A stretch of DNA of 64,000 nt from Lama guanicoe (Eukaryota): the NCBI GenBank assembly GCA_013239625.1, contig MU053588.1, positions 769,988-833,987 on the forward strand, written 5' to 3'. Of this stretch, positions 12,627 to 26,349 are shown piece by piece. Every line of letters starts with the position of its first letter. Within the stretch, counting starts at the first letter, position 1. The notes beneath the pieces were generated by a model. That model made no database searches, was not told the DNA's origin, and saw only the letters and a list, made by a program, of their open reading frames with translations. The position numbers were made by a program, and so were the translations under genes.

Positions 12627-13930
12627 GTGACGTGGGGGGCGGGCGGGCCGCAGCATGTCTCTGAGACTCACTGCTCATTCATTCCCTCTGTACCAGGCCC
12701 TGCCCCGGCAGCAAGTACCGGGTACGCAGTGGGGGAAACAAAACAAAACAGCCCCTGCACCTGTTTCAGGAATGAACCGGTATCTGTTCCCTGACAAGCT
12801 GGGGAGATTGTTTACCCCACTGCAGGTGCTGTTCTGATTGGGGCCATTAATTAACACACATTATTTGAGTCTTAGATAAGCCTTTGAGTCGCCAACAGCA
12901 TCTCCTGAGAATAGGAAGCATCATTTAACTATTCAGTGCACTGGGATGGGAAGGAATTTCTGGCAGTGGGTAGATGGTGACTTCAGGAACTGAAGTCGAG
13001 ACAGACTGCTGGTGGGCATCCACCACAAGCAGGAGATAACTTGGGTTATCCATCAGGAAGAACTGTTTGCCTGGAACGATTATAAGACAGAAGTTTTTTT
13101 TTTTTAAGAAGAGACAGCTGTCATTTTCGGGAGAGAAGAGACTTCCTCTGTGACTTGTTAAAGGCTCTGTCACCAAAGGGAAAAAAACAGTATTTAAGCT
13201 TCCTATGGCTCTAGAAACATGGTTAGACAAGGGTGATGCTTAGGGACTTGAGTTATGGTCCTTTTCTGTGACAAACATCATGCCCTGGGGGTAGTAATAG
13301 CCATGTACTTACTGTGTGCCCAGCTCTGTGCTAAGTGCTCCATGCGTATTAACCTATTTAATCCTCACAACAGGGCTGAGAGCTGGGTCCCTCCTTCCTG
13401 ATCCCATTGTACTGATGAGAATGTTACCAAGTGACTTGGGCCACACACCTAATGAGTCCAGAGTCTGGACTTCAGCCAGGCAGGAGGCTCTCTAGACTAG
13501 AATCTAGCCACTTCACAGGCTAATTGGCAACTAAGCTGATGAACACCTGCAAATGCGGGATAATCACAATAAGGCTACTTTTATTACATGGTATGCACTG
13601 CATTAAGCGTTTTTTATTTGTCCCTTCATTTCACCCTCACATCAGCTCTGTGAATTGTTGGTAGCATGAGGGCTTTCCATGTCCCAGATAAGAGCACTGA
13701 GACTCAGGAAACTTCATCTGTGACTGGCAGAGGTGGTGTAGTGATGTGGGCTTTACCTCTTCTGACCTCTCCACTGAGTGTGGCCATGACCAGGCATGAG
13801 GTTTGTGTGACCAGGACCCCACGAGTTGCACCAGAGCCTTCCCCAGCTGTCCCCTCAGGAGTTCAGCCGTGGGACATCACCCCTCCTTCCCGGAGAGCTG
13901 GCTCTGAACTTCCCTGCTCTTCCCTTTCAG

Positions 13931-14061
13931 AGCATGCCAATTACTTCGGTGTGGATGAGAAGCTGGGGCCCGTGGCCGTGAGCATCAAGCGGGAGAAGCT
14001 GGAGGACCACAAGGACCACGGGCCTCAGTACCAGTACAGGATCATCTTTCGGACCCGCGAG
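13931..14061 (+). CDS. SIPA1L3: SIPA1L3 coding exon 2 (131 nt)
   Basis: ctttcag|AG...GAG|gtaggt; [23 protein letters not shown]...IIFRTRE. Confidence 0.96.
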
Positions 14062-17000
14062 GTAGGTCCCCATCACTTCCATTATTATTACGTAAATAAG
14101 AGCCACTCGCATCTGTAAGCCCTTATCCTTGCCAGGTTCTGTGGACAAGTGCCTCCCCTGCTTCAACTCTTATAAGCCTTCCAACAACCTCAAGAGAGCA
14201 ATCCTGTGAGTCCCCCCATTTTACAGAAGAGAATACCAAGACTCAAAGACATCAGTGAGTAAATGGCCAGGCCAGGATTGGAATCCAGTGTGCCTGACTG
14301 CAGAGCCAAAAAGTCTTTTATTTGCAAAAGATTAAGTAGGGTTAGCATAAGAAATAAAGGGAGAGATGTAGGGGCTTATTTCAGAATCGTGAGGGGTCCT
14401 GCAGAACAGTAAGGAGAATTACGGCAGCAAGTCTCAGGCAGGGCAGGAATTGGGGAATCTCAGCAGCAGGCACTGCTGTTGATATTGATCAGCTCAAAAC
14501 ACTCCCTGCACTAATTCTTTCCTTCTGGCTTGCGGAGTCGTCTTCCCCTGGAATGAATGTCAGTGTGGCTAGGGAACAAGACCTGTTGGGGGCACCCTGC
14601 TCGAAAAAGACTCTAACTTGTAAGTGGCAGAAATCTACTTCTGTCTGGTTTAAGCCAGAAATAGAATTCCTTGGTTCACGTAACTGCAGATCCATGGGTA
14701 GGGATAGCTTCAGGCACAGCTGGACCCAGGCACTCAAATGACGTCACAAGAAGTCTGCCTCCTTATCACTCTTGCTCAGCTGGCTCTGCTGCTTTTTTTT
14801 GCATTGTGAATGTCACACTATTCTGCCACCAATATGCTCTCTCCATGTCATGGGAAAATAGAGACTGGCTGCTCAGATCTTCTCCATCTTTATACTTTCT
14901 CCGCTAGACTCTTAACCTCCTCAATCTCTGGGAAGGACCCTGATTGGCTCTGCTTGGATCACAAGCCCACACCCTGGGCTAGTCATCAGGGATGACAGAG
15001 GAAACTGACTAGATCTAGGTCATGTGCTCTACCCTCGGTCCAGCAGCTGAGCAGGGCACTGTGATTGACAGTTCTGTCAGAGCCACCTGGAGGTGGTGGT
15101 GAGGCAGTTCCTAGCAAAAGGAGGGAGCTCAGCCAGCAGCAATGATGGAGACTTCCAAAGACCCAAAAGGAAGACCCTTCCAGAAAGGGGCAGTCATCAG
15201 CTGGACAGGCTCCCAAGATACATCTCCCTCAGCCCTGCGTTGCCCCATCCCCCTTGGGTCTGGCCTTTGCGCAGACACAGGAACCCAGCAGGGCAGGCAG
15301 CTGTTGCCAGGGATTTTGGGTGTGGGGCCAGCCAAGCCTGGACCTCATCCAGACCGGCAGATGCTGCACCAAGGGCCGCAGCCCCATCCCCTCATGCAGG
15401 CCTTCCCACTGAGAGGGAGTGGGATGACACAGAGGCTCTGTGGCTGCCTTGGGGAGGCAGCCCCCGAAACTTGGTGCCCCAGACCACAGGTGGTCACTGG
15501 CCCCTTGTCTCCCCAGTGCCCTTCTTCCTCTCCTCACCGCTCTGGCCAGATGAGCACCAGGGCAGGCTGTGAGGTGACAGCTGCCAGGTGAAATGACAAT
15601 GGCAGTCATATACTAACAAGTGATGTTGCAGCTGGTTTGCTTAACGCTGTGTCAGGCGTTTCCTATGCCTGTTCTGTATATTCACTCACTCAAATGTCGT
15701 GACAGTTCTGCTATGATGGCACTGCTCTCCTCATTCATAGGTGATGAAACAGGCATAGAGAGGGTAAAGGACCTGCCTAGAGCACCCCGAGTAAGTGCAA
15801 GGTGTTGGCCTGCACTCCAGCCACTGCCTGGCCGCCTCTGAGGTTCCACTGACTCAGCTCAGGCTGTCCATCAGACCCATTCATGAGTTATGAACTCAAC
15901 TTAGTGCCAGTGTTTTATGTTACTGGGTTTTTCCTTTTTTTAATGGAAACAGAATATTTAGAATGATTTTTTCTTTTAATACCAGACTACGTTGTACATA
16001 CTGAGCATTGTGAGACTGGTGTGGAGATGCTGGGTCAGGGGGTAACATTTTTGCTGTGATTCCTATTCAGTAGGTTTGAAACTGACTTGGTGCCATTCCT
16101 GTCTTGTGACTGCTTCCGTCCACTTCGCACCCCCAGCACCCACGAAACTAGCTCTGACCCACCCCAGGCTGGGCATGGGGCCCTCGCAGCCCAAGGGCAC
16201 AGTTCTGGCATTCATCCACGCCACAGAGATTCACTCAGCACCACCACCGGCCAGCCCTGTGCTCGGCACTGAGAGAACAGTAGTGAATAAGTCAGGAAAG
16301 ATGCTCCTGGGACTGCATTCTCATGGGGGAGGCAGACAGTATGCAGATACTTTAGTAAATTGTACAACACGGTACATGATGGCCAAGTGGAAAGTAAAGC
16401 AAAGAAGAGAGATAAGTGTGGGGGTGGTAAGATTTTCAGACAGGATGGTCAAGGGAGGTGTCACTGGGAAGAGAACATTGGAGTAAAAGACCTGAAGGAG
16501 ATGAGAGAAGGAGCCATGTGGACATCTGGAAGGATGTCCCAGGGGGTGGGAATAGCCAGTGCAAAGGTTCCGAGGCAGGACCGTGCCTGGCACAGCCACT
16601 CAACAGCTATGAAACCTTGGGCATGTGGCTTCTCTCAGAGGCTCAGTTTTCCCCACGGGAATCCCAGTCTCCCAGGACCGTGGTGTGGCCGTGGGGAGGT
16701 TGCCCATAAAAAGTAAGCCTTGCTGGGCCTGACACTTGGGGCCAGCCCAGTGAGGTTAGCCTTTGAGAGGGGTCTCAGTCTACTTTCCCTTTGTAACACT
16801 CCAGTCAGCCCTGAGAATTGTGGCCCACTGTGAGGTTCACAGCCACAAGCAGGTCTTTCTCTACCCTCACACACATGCAGGCCACACGCATACTCAGTCC
16901 TGGGCCCAACCCCTTGCAGTGCTGCCTGTGGGGCACTCAGGCCTGAGGCTCTTCCTGCCGTGGAGGCAGAGCAGAGGGTCCCATGGCCCACAAGCAGTAA

Positions 17001-19059
17001 TGACAGTAGTAAGAAGAGCTGACACTTCTAGCACGCATTCGTGCCAGGCCCTGTTCTAAGTTTTACATGCACAGACCCTTTGAATCCTCTCAATTGTCCC
17101 ATGATGTGGGTCCCATTATCATCCCCATTCTACACTTGAGGATTTTGAGGCCTAGGGAGATCACTTGTCAGGGTCCTCCTGGGGCAGAGCCAGGATGTGG
17201 ACCCGGACTTCCTGGGTCCCCAGCCCATGCTCTTAAGCACTCACCTGTTGGGTTGAGTTGGAATTCTGGCTCTGGGAACAGACAGCCTGTGGTTCGGTCT
17301 GGCTCTGCTGCTCAATAGCCATGTGATATTTGGCAAGTGGCTTTACCACTAGGCACCTCAGTTTCTTTGTCTGTAAAATAGGCTTGTGCTGTTTGTCCCC
17401 TATCTACTGGGAGAGTGGGAAGGTTCTCCCGAACTGGCACACATGAGGTGATAAGTGCAGGGTAGTGAGTGCTCGGAGTGGCAGATACTGTGATGACACT
17501 GATGTTGTGGCTGTCACTCTCTTCTGAGAGGTCAGAGAGCTGTGCTGGCAAGCGAGGGTTGAGTTCACGGACAGAATTCTGTCCTTCTGGCCACATGCAC
17601 ATTTCTTAGGCTCCCATAAACCATAGCATGGGGGCTAGAACGAGGCCCCAGGCTGTTTTCCAAGCCAGCCGGCTGGCCCACCCCAGATGGCCGCCCCCAG
17701 CCGCCAAGCAGACAGTCATGGGCCCACATCTCCAAGCAGATGGGATGTGAGCGTTGGCAGCACTGAGCTTCCCGCCGGGGCGGGAACAGACTTGGAGCTG
17801 GGCTTCAGCACCACATGCCTAAATGAGCCCCAGGCCAGGGCTGCCCTGTCCTCAGCCCCTTGCTGAGACTGTCTCTTCTAGGACACACGGGACGCCAACT
17901 AGCCAGGGACAGTGGGTTCCCTTTGGTCCCAAACGTGACTTTTTGACAGCCTTAGTTTTGTTAGGATTAGAGGTTCGAATTTTTTTTTAATTGAAAAACT
18001 AACAGTCACTTAAGAATTTAAACAGTATGTAAGTGTACAAAGTAGAAAAGGGAGAATCTTGTGTTAAGTGAAAAAAGCAAGTGTAATAGTGAATCTCATT
18101 TGGAACTTCATTTATGTTCAACAGGTACCTCTGACTGTGTGATATAATCTCTAAAGCATACTGTTAAGTGGGAAAAAAAGTAGCTTCTTAGTCAAGGTTA
18201 AGATTTTTTAAAATTCTTAACTACATGCATGGCTGTGTATAAATACATTTGACACGTGTGCCTGTAACAGTGGCTCACACACATTGGGCTCTCCCTGTGT
18301 ACCAGGCACAGTGGTAATAGACACTACATGGATTATTTTACCGAGTCTTTACAACTGTTCACAGCAGGCACTGTTACCCCCCCATGTCATAAACGAGGAT
18401 CAAGCACAGAGAAGTTAAGCAACTTGTCCAGGGTCACACAGCTAGAGATGAAATAGAGCTGGGATCCGAACCAAGACACACTGACTCCTAAGCGACCTCC
18501 CAGGAAGAGCTCTTTGTGAGGAGTGCACCCCACACCCAGTGCAGGGGAAGGCAGGGGTGCATATGAGTCGGGAGCCAGTGGAGAGCAACCTGTGTAAATG
18601 GGAACCTCCCTGCTGACATGGCCTGGAGGCCCTTTCTCGGCTCAGTGACATGATGCCAGGGGTCATCGAGGGTCAGAGCACACAGGGTCTTGCAGGCTGA
18701 GCAGTGAGTCTAGATTTTATTGGGAGACAGATGGAAAGCTTTCAGCCGGTTCTATGCAGAAGAGAGATATGATCTGACCCAAGCTGCTAGGAAAAGAATG
18801 GACTGGAGTAGGGTAGGGGTGAGGTGGGCGCGGGGAGACCAGGAGAAGGCTGCTGTCCCAGTCCATGTAGGACATGACAGTGGACGGGACCAGGTGGAGG
18901 GTAGTGGTGCCCTACATATTATCCCCAGCAGGGAAGGGAAAGCTGGGAGCTTTTCAAGTAATGGCTTTTGGTCAAGTCTTCTGAGCCAAAAAAGTGATTG
19001 TAGGCCACCTGTCCCCAGTGTGGAAGAGAATGAGGATTTCTGGTCCACGCTGTCCCTTG

Positions 19060-19078
19060 GCCCCAGCAGAGGGCGCTG
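19060..19078 (+). promoter_or_regulatory. Candidate CTCF site
   Basis: gccCCAGCAGAGGGCGCtg closely matches the CTCF core CCASYAGRKGGCRS. Confidence 0.6.
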
Positions 19079-19639
19079 TGGGGCAGTGTCAGCGGGATAC
19101 AAAGACGCCGATCCTGTTGGTGCATTAATCAAAATCCATAATCCCACGGCCACCCAAATTGGCAGGGGAAAACATCCGATATCCTTGCTTTTCATGATGT
19201 TTCAAGACTACCCCACTTGTGATAAAAGAGATGGGTTTGTTTATTAGTTACCAAGGCCAGAACTGGGAACACCCAACCATGAGATCATTTCATTCCTTCC
19301 ACCCGTGCTTCTTGCCCAGGTCCTGTTTGGCAAGGGTGGGCTGTATGCTTAGAAGCAGTGTCATGACGCGTTACTTTTGCCGTCTCCTGTGTTTGTTGAC
19401 TTAGGGTGAGCATGTTTTTCCAGTTAACACTGATCCTGCTTCGTCTTTAAACCGTAGCCCCGAGTGCATTTTGGGTACTTCCAACAGTCCCGTGGAGGGA
19501 ATCTTCCCCGGTCCTGCCCAGACACCCTGCTGTGCCATCTCCCTGTGATACTGGAGCCACAGGGCCTTGCCCGGAGCGTGGCAGAGCCTGGTGCCCGCAG
19601 CACCTCGTGGATGAAAGAGTGAGCCAGTGGGACTGAGGA

Positions 19640-20230
19640 CGGAAAGCAGCGGGGCTCTCAGACAGGGCTAGCAGGGCGTAAATTGGTACAGCCGCTTGGA
19701 AAACTATTTGGCAGTTCAGTAAAATGGAAGATGAACATGCCTGGCAACTCAGCAGTTTCTCTCCTAGGTATAAACCCAGAAGGAAATGTGTTGGTGTGCA
19801 CCAAGAGGTGCTTCCATGAGTGTTCCTAACAGCACTGTTCACAGTTGTCAAACACTGGAAGCAGTTTCCGTGCTTATCCACAGAATGGATTTGATCCATC
19901 ATGGTAAAAACGTCAGCCTCCTGCAGCAGCATGGTCGAATCTCATATCTATAGCGTTACGAGAAAGAAGCCAGATATAAAAGAACACAAAAGGCACGAAG
20001 CTCAGAAACAGGCGGAAATAAATTATGGTGTTATAAAAGTCAGGACAGCATTGCCTTTGGTGGAGGTGGCAAGAGGCACAAAAGTGTTTCTGGAGGCTGG
20101 AAATAACTGTATTTCTTGAGCTGGGTGGTGATTACCTAGATGGTCACTCTGATAATTCCTTGAACTGTTCTTATGTGTTGTGTACTTTTCTGTATGTGGA
20201 TTATATTTCACAGTTTTAAAAAAAAATGTC
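19640..20230 (+). mobile_element. Old LINE-1 (L1ME-like) 3' fragment
   Basis: gtaaattggtacagccgcttggaaaac...ctcctaggtataaacccaga...gtatgtggattatatttca. Confidence 0.7.
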
Positions 20231-21679
20231 AAAGAGAAAAATCATAGCTTTGGAGAAGTCAGACCTGAGTTGGAATCCTGGTTCAGCCACTTAGCTGTGG
20301 TTATCTCGCAGTAAGGCACATGACTTCTCGGAGCTTCAGTTTTCTCGTCTGTAAAATGGAGATAGTAAAATCTCCCCTGGGCAGACCTGTACATATTGTT
20401 TGAGAACTACTGTCTGAAATACAGCACAGTGAACTATGTCTTCGTAAATGTGACTTTGTTATTAACATGGATCAGTCAGAAATTGCTTTGTCTGCAAAGT
20501 AACAGAAAACCTGACTAACTATAGCTAAAACAAATACGAGATTATTTTACTTATCTAACAAGAAGTCTGGAGGCAGGCAGCTGTGAGGATTGACTTCTGT
20601 GAGATTTGTTGCTCTTGTTGTCTCTCCTTATGATCACGAGATGCCTGCCACAGCTCCAAACATCTCACCCTCACACCAATGTCCTTAGAAAAAACGGGCA
20701 GGTGGAAAGGGGCTTTCCTTCGACCAGGGAAGAAAATCTGCCCCTAGATGTCCTCCCAAGCTGGATTCCCCTCACATCTCATTGCCTGGAACTAGTCATG
20801 TGGCTGCTTTGGGTAAACTTGGAAAGCAACATCTGGGAAAGGGGAATGAGATGGCTGTGACTGGCTTGACTAAAGGTTTCCATCCCTGGCTGCACATCAG
20901 GATCATCTGAGTAGTATTAAAAGGGCGACGAGGCAGGGAGAGGGGAGAGAAGGAGAGTGTTTGATGGGGTGTGTGTAAAAATATATACATATACAAATAT
21001 GTAAGTGTACGTATACAGACATACATGCCAGGGCCTCACCACAGAACAACCGAATCAGAATTACCAGTGATGATTTTGTCAGGAAACCAGGTTAAAAACC
21101 AGTGCCACAAATCAAGATCCATGATGATACCAATGTCCGAGGCAGGCCTGTATTCTACATAAGAGCTTATGGTAATTAGTGTACATATAATATTATTATG
21201 ATATGACAGTAAGTGTGTGTGTTTGAGTGCCCACCTCGTGGGGCCTGTTTTATTCATTCTACCTCTTATTACCTGACAGACTCATCTCCCCACCTGCGTG
21301 TCAGCTCCAGGAGGACGGGGGTCTTTGTTTTACTCACCGCACTTAGGAGGCACTCAGTCAGTATTTGTTGAACAAAGAAGGCTGTTCCATCCCCTGTCTC
21401 GTTTAGTCCTCCCATCACTCCTTGGGGGCTGTGATAATGTCACTGTACCCATTTCACAAAAGATGAAGCTGAGGCTAGGGATAGCAGGTCACATGGTCGA
21501 GCTCACACAGCCAGGAGGCAGCAAGTTCAAGTCCTGATCCAGACCCGGTGCTTTCCGGCCCGAGAACCCCCAGCTACTGACCATCACTCATGTCACTTTG
21601 AGAGCAGGACAGCCTCGTGTGTTCTGATCCCTTCCTGGGTCCTGGGAGCCTCTTCACCTTCCTTCTTTCCCTCGAACAG

Positions 21680-21868
21680 CTCATCACCCTGCGGGGCTCC
21701 ATCCTGGAGGACGCCACACCCACGGCCACGAAGCATGGGACCGGGCGAGGCCTGCCCCTGAAGGACGCCCTGGAGTACGTCATCCCTGAGCTTAACATCC
21801 ATTGCCTTCGGCTGGCTCTCAGCACGCCCAAGGTGACGGAGCAGCTGCTGAAGCTCGACGAACAAGGG
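21680..21868 (+). CDS. SIPA1L3: SIPA1L3 coding exon 3 (189 nt)
   Basis: aacag|CTC...GGG|gtgagc; [12 protein letters not shown]...LLKLDEQG. Confidence 0.96.
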
Positions 21869-22736
21869 GTGAGCTGGGGGCCAGGTGGGGGCGCGGGGCA
21901 CTAGGCCAGCTGCCTGCAGCCCCCTTCCAGTAGCTCCTTCTGTCTTGGGCACTTTTTTTTTCTCCAGAGAACAGAAACCCACTCAAGCTAGTTTCAGTAA
22001 AAGCAAGGATCTACTATCAAATTCTGGGGTGCCAAGAGCAGGAATGGAACTGGGTCTCAGCAGGGAGATAGTCTAGGCATGAGACAGCCCCCAGGTTCGT
22101 GTGTGTGTGAGTGTGTGTTACCTCTCCCTCTCTGCATACTGCCTCCCTCCGCTTCTCTCGCCCTCCCACAGCTCGAATTGGTGTTAGGGTTACAGCCACA
22201 CACAGACCCCAGCTAGCTGACTCTCGGTCCCAGGAGCCCCTCTGACTGGCCTGCACTTAGATCAAATGACTGTCCGTGGTTCAGTCACCAATGACCATGG
22301 GAATCAGGGATACACAAAATAAACACTTACCAGGGGCCCATCCTGCAAAAGACAACGTGGACTATACAGAGCCCTCCAGAATCTCCTCTTGCGGTACCTT
22401 AGCCAGTTCCAGTCCACCTCTTGCAGGAAGCCGGCCAAGGTGACAGTCTCTTTCACTTGAGAGAATGGATGGCCAGCCGCCCTCCACCTTGTGTGGAAAG
22501 CGCGAGAACAGTGGCATGGGCACCTTGTGGTGCCTCTGGAATGGCAGGGAGGGAGTGGGCAGTTGGGACAGACGGACAGTTGCCCCTACACTTGTTTCCT
22601 CCCTCTGGCTGTGGTACTGAATTCCTGAGGGACCCCAGCAGCTCCCTGGGCCCTGCGCCCGAGAAAGCCCCCTTTGTTCCGTTCCCTCCGCCGTCTCTGC
22701 CTGGCCTGCTCCACGAAGCCACTTTCGCCCCTGCAG

Positions 22737-22911
22737 CTCTGCCGGAAACACAAAGTGGGCATCCTGTACTGCAAGGCCGGCCAGAGCTCGGAGGAGGAGA
22801 TGTACAACAACGAGGAGGCCGGCCCGGCCTTCGAGGAGTTCCTCTCCCTGATTGGGGAGAAGGTCTGCCTGAAAGGCTTCACCAAGTACGCAGCGCAGCT
22901 GGATGTCAAGA
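22737..22911 (+). CDS. SIPA1L3: SIPA1L3 coding exon 4 (175 nt, start of RapGAP domain)
   Basis: ctgcag|CTC...AAGA|gtaagt; [26 protein letters not shown]...AQLDVK. Confidence 0.96.
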
Positions 22912-25219
22912 GTAAGTGGCCTCGCGGTGCAGCCGGTCAGGTCATGGGAGCCCCAATTGCGCTCTCATCTTGTGGGCAGAGGTCAAGAGGCCTGGTCACA
23001 CCCGGGCCAGGACGTGGGACAGTGGGACCTCGAGGACTCTGCTGGTGGGAGTGCAGGGAGTGCAGCTGCTTTGGAGAATGGAGCAGCATATGCTAGTAAA
23101 GCTGGAGATTCACCCACTCTGGGTCTCAGCACCTGCGCTCCCAGACATATCCTCTGAGGTCGCCTGCCCGTGCGCCCCGGGAGACGTCCTGAGTGTCCGG
23201 CATGGGGCCCAGCACGTGGGCAGAGTAATGGCAGGTCCCACGGCGCAGTGCCCTGTGGCGGGCAGCCTGGAGGAGCGCCATGGGCTGGATGCTGAGCGTG
23301 GACAGGGGGTCTCCGAGGAGCGGATGCTGAATGAATCATGCCTCTCACACGGCAATTATTTTAAAAGCACACTCAACAATATATTGTATGGAGATTTGTT
23401 CTCATACAGTGAAACTGAAGGAAAACCAGGCAGTGACAGACACAGTGTGCAGGGTAGCAGTTACCTCTCCAGGGAGAAGGCAGATGTAACTAGAAAATGA
23501 TACTCAGGTTACAGTGTTGGTGGCGGGCTGTTTCTTAAGGCAGGTGGCAGGTACAGCATGTTCTTTGTATGCATACATGTATGTCGTTTGTGTGTGATAT
23601 ATGGCATTGAAATGTTTTGTGATAAGAGGTTTTGGGGAGATGGATGGGTGACCCTGTGAACTGGTGGCACAGCCCCCCTGGGGAGAGGACTGCCCATTGT
23701 CCTGGGGGGTGGACTTCTGTTGGGTTAGTTGCTCAGGCTGAGTTGGAAAGCCCTGATCAGTCGTCCTGGCTTGCTCACGATCGCTCGCTCTTTATGTTAC
23801 CTGGCCAAGCCTCAGTGTCCTCATCTGGAAAGTGGAGGCACAGGTGAGAGAGATGGGTGACACGCTGAGCACGTGCCAGTGGCTGTCGTCCTCATCATCT
23901 TCACCTCCATGGCTAAGGGAGGCAGTAGGAGGAATAAGCATGTTGTTTTGCCCATTGCTGGCTTTGTGGTCTTGGGTAGGAGAGCCTCCGCCTCTCCCCA
24001 CCCTGGTTTCCTCCTCTGTAATGTTTCCCCTGGGAGCACGGTGTGGAGCCCAGCCGGGTCTGTGCAGCCCCCCAGAGCTCTGAGGGTGGGTGCTGTGGGC
24101 AGGGTGCCGACAGGGCAGGGGGCTGCTCGCTCCACGCCCAGTGCACAGGAGCCACAGCGAGTGTGAGCACTAACACTGTAGGTGGTGTTCCTTCCTGCGC
24201 TCGGGTGGGCAGTACACTCAGCACAGGAGTGGGAGACCTGTTATCCCCCTTCTCAGACAGGCGTCTGCTCCCCACAGAATCTTGCCCCCTCACTGGATTG
24301 CTGTGAGGGTCAGGCACCTAGTGCAGCACCTCACAGAGAACTAGTGGTCACACGAACATCAGCCACTGCTGTGTGGCCCATATGGGAAGCAGATTTTCTC
24401 CAAGGGCCCCAGGGAACTGTGCCAGTCTCCCCAGCTAACAGGCAGGGGTGCCGCGGCTTCACGGCCACCTGGAGCACACCGGGCTCTGGCACTGGCCAAC
24501 CATGGCTGCAGTGACCTCACCCGTCACAGCTTCTCCACTAGCACGTAAGCCCCCAAGACCAGGGACTCCTCTGTCTATTTCACTGTTTCCCCAGCACGTA
24601 CAATTAAATGAAGCGGGTGGACGTCAGTGCCCAAAAGGGCCAAGAAGTGATTTCCAGGGGTGTGTGTGACATTCTGAAGTTGTTTACAGCCGAGTTTATG
24701 GGTTCGCTCGTGCATCCAGCAGAGACAACCTCCTGGCTGCCTTCCCTGGGCAGGAAGGGGCTGTTCACGATGATGCAGGCACCTGACCCCATGTTGGGGC
24801 TAGGCTTTGAGAACATGGCATGTGACCTGAGAAGGGTGAGTGGGAATAAAATAGGCAATGAGGGAAAAGCATTCCAGGCAAAAAAAAAAAAACCCAGCCC
24901 AGGCAAAAAGCCTTGAGGTCTAAAGGCTGTTGTTCAGGGAATTAACGTGAAGCATGAAGTGATGGAGGCAGGCGGGGGCCTCTGCGGGGCCTTTAGGGCT
25001 GAAGATTAGAGATTCCGATCTGTTTCCTATGAGAAGTTCAAAACCCACAAGAGGCAGCATCGAATACAGTTAAGAAAACACTCTGGAGTCAGACAGCCTG
25101 AGTTTCAATCCAGACTCCACTGCTTACTGCAGTATGTATAACCTTGGGCAGGTTGCCGACTCCCCGTGCCTCAGTTTCCCCCTCTGAAACATGGTGCCCA
25201 CGAGCAGGTATGCTTCTCC

Positions 25220-25780
25220 CTGAGATGTGCCTCCCATTAGAGATGAACAGTGTCCTGACTGTCATGATTATTGTTTCCTTGTTTTCTTCATAGTTTTGCT
25301 ACCTATATGTGCATTTCTAAATAATAGAATTTGCCTGTCTGGGAACATAATGTGAATGGAATCATACAGTCTGTGCTCCTTTGTGTCTGGCGTCTTTCAT
25401 TCAGCATTGTATCTGTGGGATTCGCCTGTGTTGTGGCCGTGACTCATTCCTTTTCATGGTGGTTCATTTCTCCACAGTGTGAATATACCTGTTTATTCAC
25501 TCCTTGGACTGACCTTTGAAAATACTGGCACTCATATCTCGGGGCACCTGTGTACGATTTCTCTGGGCTGTGATCCTAGGAGATGAAGTGTTTGTTGGTC
25601 CATCACTTAAGCCTACCTTTAGGTTCAGTAGATAGTACTAAAAAGTTTTCCAAAGTGGTTGTACCAATTTACACACCTAACCAGCCACATAAAGGATTCC
25701 AACCGCTCCACATCCTTACCAGCCCTGGGCACTGTCAGAGTTTTAAATGTTGACCAGTCTGGTGAGTGCTTAACGTGAGG
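25220..25780 (-). mobile_element. Old LINE-1 fragment
   Basis: aatggaatcatacagt...gttttccaaagtggttgtaccaatttacac...ccacatccttaccag. Confidence 0.65.
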
Positions 25781-25927
25781 TTTCCTTTTTTATCTAAATT
25801 TATTTAATTTTAAAGGGTGGAGTTAAGTGAAAACGTCAAGTTAAAAACTTAACACAGATGGCATGTGGGATATGGCAAAAACTCAGAGGTTTTGGAAACG
25901 TGGTGCTAACTGGTGTATCTGTTTCAG

Positions 25928-26031
25928 CTGACTCCACGGGAACCCACTCCCTCTACACGACATACCAGGACTACGAGATCATGTTCCACGTCTCCACCCT
26001 GCTCCCTTACACCCCCAACAACAGGCAACAG
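25928..26031 (+). CDS. SIPA1L3: SIPA1L3 coding exon 5 (104 nt, RapGAP)
   Basis: tttcag|CT...CAG|gtcagt; [35 protein letters not shown]. Confidence 0.96.
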
Positions 26032-26349
26032 GTCAGTGGGGCCCAGGGTGGGGGGGCCCCAAATGATTTCCAGCTGATGCATGGCTGAGCCCTGAGACAT
26101 TCTCTTTCCCCACTGCAGTTAGCTGGCTGCCTGCCCAGCATTGGCTCTCCTGAGGTCATCCTGTGCAGCAGGTGGGGGCCTTTGGCCCTGGAGACCCTCT
26201 GCACCACAGCCACATCATCTGGGGGTTGGAGACTAGATCAAGTGTCATTTGGTGTTAGCTTTTTTCTAGCTGTTCCTTGGCCACCCTGCTACCCCAGCTC
26301 CCCTCAAGGGTCTCTTGAGTCATCAGGGGTCCTGTGGGGGTAAAAAAGG

